Below are positions 25,201 through 36,907 of a stretch of DNA of 64,000 nucleotides, one piece after another. Source of the stretch: Azolla caroliniana (Eukaryota; Plantae; Polypodiophyta); contig JBHGNT010000001.1 of assembly GCA_043228905.1 (NCBI GenBank), positions 22,878,001 through 22,942,000 of the forward strand. Reading direction: 5' to 3'. The notes under the pieces were generated by a model. That model saw nothing but the letters and a program-made list of their open reading frames with translations, did not search any database and was not told the origin of the DNA. Position 1 is the first letter of the stretch, and each line of letters opens with the position of its first letter. A program made the position numbers and the translations under genes.

Positions 25201-27679
25201 CAAGTCAGCACAACCGAATCTGAGTTAGTCGACTCGGAGAGACCAACCGACCATGAGTTTGAGTCAACAGATCTATTAAAGTTGATCGATGAATACGAAT
25301 AAGAGTCAATGGACATTCGACAACCGATCGACATCAACGAATCGAGAGAAGAGTTGGCATAGACATCCGAACGAGGGCCAACAATGAGTGGGAGGAGACC
25401 CACTCAGAGAAAGGAGAGCACCGACGACATATGTCAGTCAATACATCCTCTTGACTGATGAAGGTGAACCTAAGTGCTATGATGAAGCCATTGTTGACAA
25501 GCATAGAGAAAAATGGTTGAGCGCAATGCAGGATGAGATGGACTCCTTGCATGAGAACTACACCTATGACTTAGTAGAACTACCAAAAGGTAAGAGATTA
25601 CTCAGGAATAAATGGGTCTAGAAGTTGGAGACTGGAGAAGTCGACAGTGCGAATTGTGGTGAAGGGTTTCCAACAGAAAAAGGGCGTCGACTTTGATGAA
25701 ATATTCGCTTCAGTCATGAAGATGACATCCATTAGAACTGTTCTTAGCATAGCTGCCAGTATGGATTTGGAGATCAAACAGTTGGAAGTCAAGACAACAT
25801 TCTTGCACGAGGAGCTGGATGAAGAGATCTACATGCAACAACTTGAAGGCTTTGTGGAGAAAGGGCAAGAGAATTTGGTGTGTCGATTGAAGAAAAGCTT
25901 GTATGGGTTGAAACAAGCTCCACGCCAATGGTACAAGAAGTTCGAGTCCTTCATGGTGGAACATAGGTTCTAGAAAACATAGGTACGACGAAGGTGATTT
26001 CTTGATTCTCTTGTTATATGTAGATGACATGTTGATAGTCGGTCAAAATACAAGGAAGATCGGAAGCTTGAAGAAAGCTCTTGGCAAATTGTTTGCCATG
26101 AAAGATCTTGGACCGACTAAATAGATCTTGGGGATGCACATAGTTCGAGATAGAATTATGAAAGTGTTGTGGTTGTCATAACAGAAGTATGTGACAAAGA
26201 TCCTAGAGAGGTTCAACATGTCGGAAGCAAAACTGGTCGGCTCTGTGTTGCCGACCAATTGCAAATTAAATGCTAAGCAATTCCCGAGAGGGGAGAAAGA
26301 AAAGGTTCAGATGAGGGAAGTACCATATACTTCAGCCGTCGGCAGTCTAATGTATGTTATGGTCTGGACAAGACCAAACATAGCTTTTGTTGTGGGAACA
26401 GTAAGTCGATACATGAGTAATTCAGGACGAGAACATTGGGTAGCGGTGAAATGGATACTAAGGAACTTAAAAGGCACCTCAGGTGTGTGTCTTAGTATGG
26501 AGTCAGAAAACCCATGCTCGAAGGGTTTACCGATGTAGACATGTCGGGGAATGTAGACTCAAGCTGACCCACATCAGGGTACGTGATGACCTATGTAGGG
26601 AGAGTAGTGTCGTGGCAATCGCGACTGCTGAAGTCTGTGGCCTTGTCAACCACAGAGGTAGAGTACATGGCAACGGTAGAGGCCGACAAGGAGCTGATTT
26701 GGATGAGAAACTTTCTCAGCAAGTTGGGGATGAAGCAAAAAGATTTCTTGCTTCATTGTGATAGCCAGAGTGCCATACATCTAGCCAAGAATGTTGCATA
26801 CCACTCCCGGACCAAGCACATATAGAGAAGGTATCACTAGTTACGCGAGAAAGTTGAAGAAGGAGAGTTTACCCTCACAAAGATCCATACTGACGACAAT
26901 CGATCCGACATGCTGACAAAGAACCTACCGATGGACCGACTCAGAGTCTATTGACAGAGGACAGGAATAATGGACTCCTTCCCACACGAGTGAAGAGGGA
27001 GTTTGTTAGGAATATGTCCCTCTAGTGGGAGGAGCCAACTATTCGAAGAGAGCCGACAATCGAAGACAAGGAGCAACCAATTGATCAGATGAGAGCTGAC
27101 GGTTGAGGAGATGACTCAGAGAGAGCTAATCGAGGTCGAAGATACGACCGGCTAGTCAGGTCGACCGGATGGTCGATGACTAGGCCGACTAGTCGGACCG
27201 ATCCGACATTCGACGGATGAGTCAATTGATTAGTAAGACTATTTTTAATATTAGATAATAATAGGAATGACAGTAGTAGTGGCTACATTTGTAAATAGCC
27301 CATACAGGGCATAAGTATAAACGCACTTAGGGCAAACGGTTTGAATATATACACATGTAGAACGGGTGAATGTGTGAACCTCTGTAGTGTAGCGCGACAG
27401 AGAAGAGAGTGTGTGTGAGCGTGAGTGGGTGAGCTATGTGATAGCTGTGTTTAGTAACAACATATGCCAAGAGCCCTGGGAGGTTGTTTACACTCTGTGT
27501 AGAGAGTGTTGTACTCTAATCTCGTTGTATATCCATTGTATAGTGAAGCTCTGTTCTCTGTGGTTTTCTCCCGTTTTAGGGTTTCCACATTAAATATGCG
27601 CACATTGTTTTCTGTGTTTCAGAGTTGTGTATTTCAGCATATTCGTTTTTCTTGTGGATTGACGATTCATTTCTCAACA
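22275..27679 (+). mobile_element. Full-length, heavily decayed Ty1/copia (Tork/Tnt1-like)
   Basis: LTRs at 22275-22953 and 27004-27679; TSD AGTAG; PBS TGGTATTAGAGC at about 22957; PPT GAGTGAAGAGGGAG. Fragments of gag, PR (WVIDSSAS), INT, RT and RH. Confidence 0.95.
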
Positions 27680-28099
27680 AGTAGTCTCATTATTTCCATT
27701 CTCAGTGGTATTTAGAACTATATCGCAACCAATGCTATCCTTACCTTCAATGAATGTGTCTTTTTTTTTTTGCCCAATACTTTCGTATCGCTTTTTGTGT
27801 CCTGATAGCATCATCCCTATCCTGATGATCCATGAGGGGTATTCGTAAATACCCTCCTTCCCCTTCCATTTGGCTTGACATATTCATTAGTAAATTTCCA
27901 CAAAAAAAGACATGGAGCTAGTTACTAAACCACATGCGAACCGGTTATTCACAGGAGCGATCCCACCATTGGTAAGTTTATGTTTGTTGTAGCGGAGTGA
28001 TAGCTACACAACCACCATCGGGAACGAGCTAAGATTACTATGGGCAACAACAATACACAAAATTATTCCGAAATACACAAGATAATCAACAAACGAAAC

Positions 28100-28635
28100 A
28101 ATTATTGCAATCCAAGACCGAAAAGTGGCGGCAACTGAGTGTAGAATGGCGGCAATGGAGGAGTGAACTCTGTCGGATCAAATAGTGGCGGCAATCCAAG
28201 ACCGAACAGTGCCAAAAACTGAGTGTAGAATGGTGGCAATGGAGGAGTGAACTCCGTTAGATCGAACATTGGCAGTAGATGCTTGGAACGCATAGTGGCG
28301 ACAACTAAGTGTAGAATGGCGGTAGTGGAGGAGTGAACTCCGTCGGATCGAACAGTGGCAGCAATCCACGACCGAACAATAGCTACAACTGAGTGTAGAA
28401 TGGTGGAAATGGAGGAGTGAAATCAATAGGAGAGAACAATGGTAGATGATGCTTGGACCGAAAAGTTGCGACAACTGAATGTAGAATGGCGGCAATGGAG
28501 GAGTGTTCCTTTGTCGGATCGAACAGTGGCAGATGATGCTTGGACCGCACAGTGGCGGCAACTGAGTGTAGAATGGAAGCAGTGGAGGAGTGGACTCAAC
28601 AGGGGTTAGGAACAGTGGTAGTAATCTAAGCCTGA
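28100..28635 (-). repeat. Minisatellite with GAGTGTAGAATGGCGGCAATGGAGGAGTGAACTC core, translating as PTEFTPPLPPFYTQLPPLFG repeats
   Basis: About 6 copies at roughly 84-90-bp spacing. Confidence 0.85.
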
Positions 28636-28849
28636 ATAGTCACAAAGCGATGGCCAATGTGATGTGGCAATGGATCATGCAAAATGGACCTAGGAATTCA
28701 GTATATAATTTATGTTGCACATTTATATAATTAAAACATTCTAATTTTTCATTCATGGTGCAAAAATGACTATTTATCACTGGTAGCTTTTTGCATAGCT
28801 AATTAGCTATGTCAAGGACATAGCTAATTGTTTCCACTCGCATGCTTTC

Positions 28850-30030
28850 ACCCCTTTATGGCTTAAAACAAGTGCTGAGGATGTGGTACTAAAAGTTTGA
28901 GTCCTACATCAAGCAGCTTGGATACCACTGATCTAACTCCGACCCATGTATGTATACTCGGCAACTGGACGACGAGTTCCGGATCTATCTGATCCTATGT
29001 GTTGCCGACATGCTGATTGTAGGAAGCAATCAAGCCGAAATCGGAAAGCTAAAGCGAAGTCTTCATGAAAAGCTTGTGATGAAGGAACTTAGACAAGCCT
29101 GACACATACTGGGCATGAGGATAGAGTGAAATTGGACAACAAAAACTCTCTGACTCACCCAGTCCGACTATATTAGCAAGGTGCGGAAGCACTTCAACAT
29201 GGAGAATGTGAAGCCAACACCAACACCGCTTCTGACGTTGATCCGACTATCGGATAGAAACTCTCCTTTAACGAATAAGGAGTGAGAGCTAAATGGAAAG
29301 ATACCTTACGCATCGACTGTAGGATGTATCATGTACGCGATGGTGGCGACCCGACCCGATCTTGCCTATGTTGTAGGGGTGGTTAGCCGGTACATGTCAA
29401 ACCCAGGAGGGAAGCATTGGGAGGCCGTCAAGCACATCTTTAGGTATCTAAGAGGGACCAAAGATGCACATCTGAATTTAAGATCAACAAACTCGACCGA
29501 AGTAGAAGGACACACCAACTCCGACTATGCCAGAAATTTGGACAATCGAAAGTTGACATCAGGTTGCATCTTCACCTATGGCGGCAGTGCCATATCATGG
29601 AGGTCAAAGCTGCAAGAATGCATGGACATGTCTATCACAGAGGCCGAATACATAGCAACACCAGAAGCAGCCAAAGAAGCAATCTAGCCGCATCGACGGT
29701 TAGCCAATTTCTAAGGGACAAGTCAAATCGACCACCCAACGCCAATGATCTATTGCGACTCACAGAGTGCAATACACCTCATTCGGAACCTAGTCTATCA
29801 CATGAAGTTGAAACACAGTAAGGTGCGGTATCAACATATCCGGGAGCTTGTATCCGAGAAGAAGCTTGAAGTCCAGAAGATCGACACCGAGGTGAACATC
29901 GTCAATTGCCTAATGAAGCCACTCCCAGATCAACGCTTCGGACCACTAAGGACAAAGATGGGACTACGAAAAGCGACCGAGCAGAAGAAAGCCAAACAAG
30001 GAGAAAAAGGTAATTTAGAGATCCAACTGA
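28850..30030 (+). mobile_element. Copia RT/RNase H fragment
   Basis: MYAMVATRPDLAYVVGVVSRYMSNPG, ISWRSKLQ, YCDSQSAIHL. Confidence 0.9.
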
Positions 30031-31392
30031 CTTAGACATAAGAGAAATAAGTGGCAAAAGTTTTGCAAAGATTCAATATGCATAATGCAAAACATGTTGG
30101 ATCTGCATTGCGGATAAACTATAAGCGAAATACTAGTCAATGTCCAAAAAATGAGAAAGATAAGGTTGAGATGAGAAGGGTGTCATATGCTTTGACTGTT
30201 GGGAGCCTAATGTATGCTATGGTCAACACTAGGCTAGACATTGCATTTGTTGTTGGAACAGTCAACCACTACATGAGTAATCCTGGAAAGGAGCATTGGA
30301 CAGTCGTGAAATGGATACTCTGATACCTAAAAAGTACTTCGAGTGTATGCCTTAGGTATGGCTCCGAGAAACCTATCTTGGAGGGTTTCACATATTCAAA
30401 TATGCCAGGTGATGTGGATTCCAACCGATCCACATCAGAATATGCGATGACTTACGTAGGGGAAACCGTGTCATGGCAATCAAGATTACAAAAGGTTGTG
30501 GCTTTGTCGACCATAGAGGCCGAATATATGGCTGCAGTGGAGGCAGACAATGAATTGATTTGGATGAGGAATTTTCTTGGTAAATTAGGAATGAAACAAG
30601 AAAATTTCCTACTTCATTGCGATAATAAAAGTGGCATACACCTTGCAAAAAAATGTTGCCTATCACTCTCGTACAAAGCACATTCAGAGAAGGTACCACT
30701 AGTTATGAGAGAGAGTGGATGAACATGAGTTTGCTCTAGCGAAGATCCATACCAATGAAAATGGATCAGACATGCTTACAAAGACTTTGTCTATGGAAAA
30801 ACTCATGGTCTACCGATTGAAGACTGACATGGTAGACTTTCCGCATACAAGAGTGAAGGGGGAGTTTGTTGTGTATGTGTGTCCCTCCTGATGGGGGAAG
30901 ACGGCCGACTGGCCAAAATTGGCCAGGACACCAAATGAGGGCCGACTGGTCAGATTTGGCCAAGAGGCCATAAATGGGTCGGACGGTCGGAATCGACCGA
31001 GAGGCTGAATATATATATATATATAAGGAAAATAAATTAGGGCAAATATATCAATATCATAAGGTGTATAGAGAAATAGAGAGTTTGGGTGTGATAGAGA
31101 TAGAGAACAAAGAGAAAGAGCCAGAAAGCATAGAGAAGAGCAAAGAACATGAGAGATAGAGTGTATGTGACAGAGAGTGTGAGTGAGAACAATAGAGAGG
31201 AGAAGAAGTGCAAACAGAAGAGAGGAGTACTTGGTGGACTTTGATGCAACCCTAGTAGTGGTTTCAGACAATGATCTGAAAGTGATGTGGCACCACTTAC
31301 CTTGTGCAGAAAGTCTCCCAAGCCAAGTGTAGTCGTTCTTTGTTCTTCTTACCATTTCTGTGACCTTTGTCTAGTGATACAAAGTCCCTCAC
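30030..31392 (+). mobile_element. Tork-like copia RH fragment, PPT and first half of a 3' LTR (from 30867)
   Basis: VSWQSRLQKVVALST; PPT GAGTGAAGGGGGAG then TGTTG. The LTR resumes at 59043. Confidence 0.85.
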
Positions 31393-31813
31393 TATTATTT
31401 GAGCAAGGAATAGCACACAACTTGTTGTTTTTCTATAAAGAAGAAGACAAAACAACACAGGAAAAAACGCACAAAAAAAAAGACACAAGAAAATGTTTTG
31501 GCAGGCACAAAAAAACCCTTGTTGTTTATTACCTTATGTACTCAGTGATAAATAGTGAGAATTACCTTTTTGGCCCTTCTCACTATCTATCAATCTCCCA
31601 CTAAAGGCCAAACAAGGGATCAACAAAGCTGATGGTAAGATTCTACAAGACCTACACATCCTACTTGATGAATATGTTACACAATATACATAAAATAGTG
31701 TGTAACTTGAAGAGCTAAGTAATTCCCATCAAGTGACAACAATGCTCTAGCGCATCATGCGGTAGAGTTTTGGTCAATGCATTAGTGACATTTTCTTGAG
31801 AGACAACTTTCTC

Positions 31814-32467
31814 AAGCCTGATGTAGCTAACAACTATGCATTCTTGGATGAAGTGATATCGCAACCCAATGTGTTTGGTCTTTGCGTGGTATATTGGGTA
31901 TTTAGCCAATGCAATGGCACTTTGACTATCAAAAACCGAGATATGGCACCTCCCATAAACTGAAAAATATACCCCAAAGTGGATTTTTTTCTGTTGGAAC
32001 AACCAGTATAATCAGAGTCCGTATATCCAATAAGCCTGATGTAGCTAACAACTATGCATTCTCGAATGAAGTGATATCGCAACCCAATGTGTTTGGTCTT
32101 TGCGTGGTATATTGGGTATTTAGCCAATGCAATGGCACTTTGACTATCAAAAACTGAGATATGGCACCTCCCATAAACTGAAAAATATACCCCAAAGTGG
32201 GTTTTTTTCTGTTGGAACAACCAGCATAATCAGAGTCCGTATATCCAATAAGCCTAATGTAGCTTACAACTATGCATTCTCGGATGAAGTGATATCTAAA
32301 CCCAATGTGTTTGGTCTTTGCGTGGTATATTGGGTATTGAGCCAATGCAATGGCACTTTGACTATCAAAAACTGAGATATGGCACCTCCCATAAACTGAA
32401 AAATATACCCCAAAGTGGATTTTCTTCTATCGGAACAACCAGTATAATTAGAGTTCGTATATCCAAT
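31814..32467 (-). repeat. Three tandem 218-bp copies of an internally deleted RNase H segment
   Basis: Near-identical ORF text repeats at 218-bp spacing (ORFs starting 31909 and 32127, with the third copy near 32345). Confidence 0.9.
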
Positions 32468-33691
32468 AATGGATACATTTCCACAACCTAAACATATACA
32501 CTTATTCTTGGTGCAACCCAAATATCTCAATATCATTTTAACTGCCTCCCAATGTTTCTTACCAAGGTTTGACAAAAATTTGCTCACAGCCCCCATTGCA
32601 AAGGCATTGTCTAGCCTAGTTGCTATCATAGCGTACATAAGACCACCAACAATAGACTAGTAAGGAATTTTACTCATGAACTCCTTTTCATTATCAGATT
32701 TAGGGCATTTATCTTTGCTCAATTTAACATGCATAGATAATTGAGTGCTCAAAGGCTTTAAACTCTCCAAATTAAACCTCTTGTGTATTTTGCATACATA
32801 CTCAGATTGAGACAAATAAATACATCCATTACTCCTATCCCGAGTAATACGCATTCCAAGGATGTGTTTTGCATTTCCCAAATTCTTCATATCGAAGGTT
32901 TGAGTTAGATTTTCCTTGAGTTTGGACATCTCATCCTTGTTTTTACATACGATGAGCATATCATCTACATAGAGTATCAAAATCACATATGAGTCATTTA
33001 TACATTTCTTCATATATAAGCATGAGTCTTCATTACTCCTAGCATAACTTTGGGACCTCATAAAAGCATCAAATGTTTGAAACCATTTTCGAGGTGATTT
33101 CTTAAGACCATATAGATGTTTCCATAAACTTCAAAGCCCTTTGGTTGCTCCATATAGATCTCTTCATCGAGGTCTCCATGTAAAAAAGCAATTTTTACAT
33201 CCATTTGAAACAAATCAAGATCATTTTTCGCAACCAATGCAAGCATCATGTGTAATGTAGTCATCTTGACTACTGGGGAGAAGATTTCATCAAAATTGAC
33301 TCCTTGTTCTTGTTTAAGACCTTTTGTCACAATGCGAGCTTTATACTTATGATAACACTATCGGATGTTTATTTGTACTTATACACCCATTTACATGGTA
33401 GTGCTCTCCTACCTTTTGGCAAAGGCACTAAATCCCAAATTCCATTCTTATGGACCTCATTTTGTATTGCTTGTTTCCACTTAGCATGATCGTGGACATA
33501 TATGGCCTCATTATAGCATGAAGGCACACCGCCATTTGATAGCAATACATAATCAACAAATTTACCGGGTGGTTTGGAGACACATTGTCGTGACTTTCGG
33601 CGCCGGATCATTGTGTGAGTTGGGTGGAAAAACGTAGTGTACAAATTACACTACGAGAACGTGTGGTTCTCCTCAATGATTCCTGACCCTG

Positions 33692-36647
33692 TGTTACCCA
33701 TAAGAATATACAGGGAGGCATAAGGGTATGTGTAATGATGTGGTTGATGTGTATGTGTAAAGTAAATGAGTATGTGAGGATGAGTATGTGTGAGCACATG
33801 CACAATTATGTGCACAAATTACACTACGAGAACGTGTGGTTCTCCTCAATGATTCCTGACCTTGTGTTACCCGTAAGAATATACAGGGAGGCATAAGGGT
33901 ATGTGTAATGATGTGGTCGATGTGTATGTGTAAAGTAAATAAGTATGTGTGAGCACATGCACAATTATGTGCATATGACAAGAGTGTAACAGTCGTCTCT
34001 TTTGTAACGGTCATTATTACCGTTACATTATGTATTATATAAACCCCTTATGGGGCATCTAATGGATATACATTTTTCCCCTCTCATGTTGTGTCATTTT
34101 CAATTTGTCTTTCTCTCTAGCTCTCTCACTATCGTAACCCCCTTGGGAGGGGGGTGAAGTCATTCAAGGCCTCACCCCCCACCCCAACAACACTTTTGGC
34201 ACGCTGGAACGGCCGACCTCCCTTCAGAAGAAGTCACTCCCTCACTCCCTCCCTCACTCCCCGTCCCCATCACTAATTTCTCTCCTCAATCTCTCTACCT
34301 AAAACCCTAGACACCCCAACCTTCATCTCTATGTCCATCCATCTCTCTCATTCTGTGAACTTGCGTTGTGTTTGTGTTGTGCATGTGTCTATATGTGTCC
34401 ACTTCCAAAAGATGAAGGGTGAAGAAGAGGAGGAAAGTGAAACGGTTCTCGGCAGAGAAGGGAAGGAAATGCTTCGGCATATGTGAGGTCTGTTGCTCGA
34501 CTGTTCGCGAACTCCGCTATGGAGAACAGATATTCACAACTCTCTACAACAGAATAGAGCAAAGAAGAATGAACGAAGCCATGGCTAAGGCTACGTTCCA
34601 AGGTACTCGAAATAAAGAGGTCGTTCGAGGAGTAGATTGCCATTCACGCTCCAACATTTATCATAAGCATGGTTTGGGGGCCATCTAAGCGAAGAACGAT
34701 GGATCCTTCCCTTCCCACCAGAAGCAAGCTTCTGAAACTCTCGTATCTGAGAGAGCTCCCAAGTTCTACCCTGCCGATGATGTTCCTAAAACCCTTCAAA
34801 ATAAATGTGCCCTCAAACCTACGAAGCTCAGGTCAAGCACCACCCCAGGCACTGTCTTGAATCTGCTTGTTGAACATTTTAAGGGGAAGAGGGTTGTTTT
34901 CCTAATGCAACTGAATCTGGTTTGCTTTTGGTTACAAGTCCATTCAAGCTAAATGGTGTACCTCTACGTCGAGTAAGTCAATCATATGTAATAGCAACCT
35001 CTACAAAGCTTGATGTAAGCAAAGTAGATATGGGTAAAATTACAGACAACTACTTCGAAAAGGAAGTTCAGAAGAAGAAGAAGAAAAGTGAGAGCGAGTT
35101 CTTTGAGGCTAAGAAGGAGGAAAAAGAATCAGAATCTCAATGAGAAGGATTAGAAGAAGAAGACAGAGGATGTAAGCAGAAGATGGATCCATGGATGGAA
35201 AGGCAAAGCTTTAATGCAGGTTATGGGGCCCTCTTCAATCATCATTATCATCCACACCATCACAATCTCCATCTGAGATCTCATTGGATACTTCTCTTAG
35301 GATGGGCCTCTCACAACATCTCAAAATCTTTGCATGTTGACGTTGCTTCTTCTTGCGCTGATCCTTCGATTGACCTAAGGGTTTCTGATCCATTCCTGCA
35401 GGTCATTATAAGGAGTGTAGTAGAGAGGCGACTAAGCTACAAGAACGTTCTACATTTTCTCGCCACTTATTAAGTTAACATAGATTTTCTCTCTGAGTAT
35501 CTCAGCTCTCTTCAATGCTCTGGTAGCAAAAGATGATTCTACCAGGGCTTGTGTTTTGTATGTAACTTCTCTAGAATTGTGTGGCCTACTTGTAACAACT
35601 ATGGCACTACAACTAGTAAAGATGATGAATGGAGATTCCAACAAAATCAAAGAGACCATCGCCACTGCCAATGCAATCATTTCCACCTCCACGAGTGTTG
35701 TTGCCGCCATTGTTGCCACTGCCACCGCGCCGTTGCTGCTATCGTTGCCGCCGCTATCATTTCCGCCACCGCCGCTAATGTTGTCGTCGCCGCCGCCGCC
35801 GCCGCCGCAATCCGCTAGAAGTGAAAGGCGAGAATATGAATGGAAGCAAGAAGAGAGGGGCATTCAAAAAAACATAAAGGCAGAGAAGATGAAATTTCAA
35901 AAGCTCAAGGGCATGACATGAGATTTCAAAATTTGGAGGGCAGAATGCAGAATTTCGAAAACACAAGGGTCCAAAATAAAATTTCAAAAAATTTGAGGGT
36001 AAAAAATTTTAAAAACCAAAGGGTAAAAAATATAAAACTCACTTCACATGATGAAAGAAAGAATACACAAATGCACAACACAATTTCACGACCCATGCCA
36101 CATTGTACTAGCCGATTGGTGTATGATCCAATCGCGACTTGTGATGCTGACCAAACGAGAAGGTTCGAGTCAAGCAAAGCTCCGATTGAAGTTATCGATC
36201 ATAGAGTAGTGATCCGGTCGAGGGATTTCCGACCGTTGAGACGACCGATGGAGTTCCGGTCGAGAAGAATTGCCATGGCGAGTGGGTTCACCGTGCAATG
36301 CACTGTCCCACAAGCGTGCCATGTGTTACCCGTAAGAATATACGGGGACGCATAAGGGTATGTGTAATGATGTGGTTGATGTGTATGTGTAAAGTAAATG
36401 AGTATGTGCCGATGACTATGTGTGAGCACATGCACAATTATGTGCATGTGACAAGAGTGTAACGGTCATTATTACCGTTACATTATGTATTATATAAACC
36501 CCTTATGGGGCATCTAATGGATATACATTTTTCCCCTCTTAGTTTGTGTCATTTTCAATTTGTCTTTCTCTCTAGCTCTCTCACTATCATAACCCCCTTG
36601 GGAGGGGGGTGAAGTCATTCAAGGCCTCACCCCCCACCCCAACAACA
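33692..36647 (+). mobile_element. Non-autonomous LTR element with captured host sequence
   Basis: LTRs TGTTACCC...AACAACA at 33865-34192 (with a duplicated start from 33692) and 36324-36647; TSD CCCTG; PBS TGGCACGCT at 34197. No gag/pol is recognisable. Confidence 0.9.
34581..35128 (+). pseudogene. RPL6: Processed 60S ribosomal protein L6 (eL6) retrocopy, 3'-truncated
   Basis: [80 protein letters not shown] and EFFEA. One stop and one 1-bp frameshift; no introns. Confidence 0.92.
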
Positions 36648-36907
36648 CCCTGAATACCCTCAGGCTGTGCATGAGAAACATCATTCTGAGCATCATCATT
36701 CTAACAATATTCTTGCTGAAAATCATCATTTTGCACATCATTGTGCGGAGCATCTTCATGCTGAACAATAACAGTTTTTCATGACTGACCACATGTAGAA
36801 GCATCTACATCCATAAGATTTTTTTGTTTTACATCAATAGAAGGCACAATATCCTTAAACATGACCTTTCTCACTTCTACCTCTTTTATAGATTGTTTAT
36901 GCCTTTT

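Larger units (their letters stand above)
21660..28839 (-). mobile_element. Putative DNA transposon remnant (Sola-like), interrupted by copia 22275-27679
   Basis: Peptide FWTNESRVSPNNKHLCRKRVG..YEEHPLHLLDVPQ. GCTAATTAGC motifs occur at both edges, and the minus-strand terminus is GAGTGG at 28839. Confidence 0.4.

Noticed and set aside
28100-28635. CRISPR-like array
   Set aside because: The intervening sequences are themselves repeats, no cas genes are present, and the context is eukaryotic. It is a minisatellite.
33865-34192. Retrozyme (hammerhead ribozyme in the LTR)
   Set aside because: No CTGANGA/GAAA core with proper stems was found by eye, and the TSD is 5 bp. An Infernal search would settle it.
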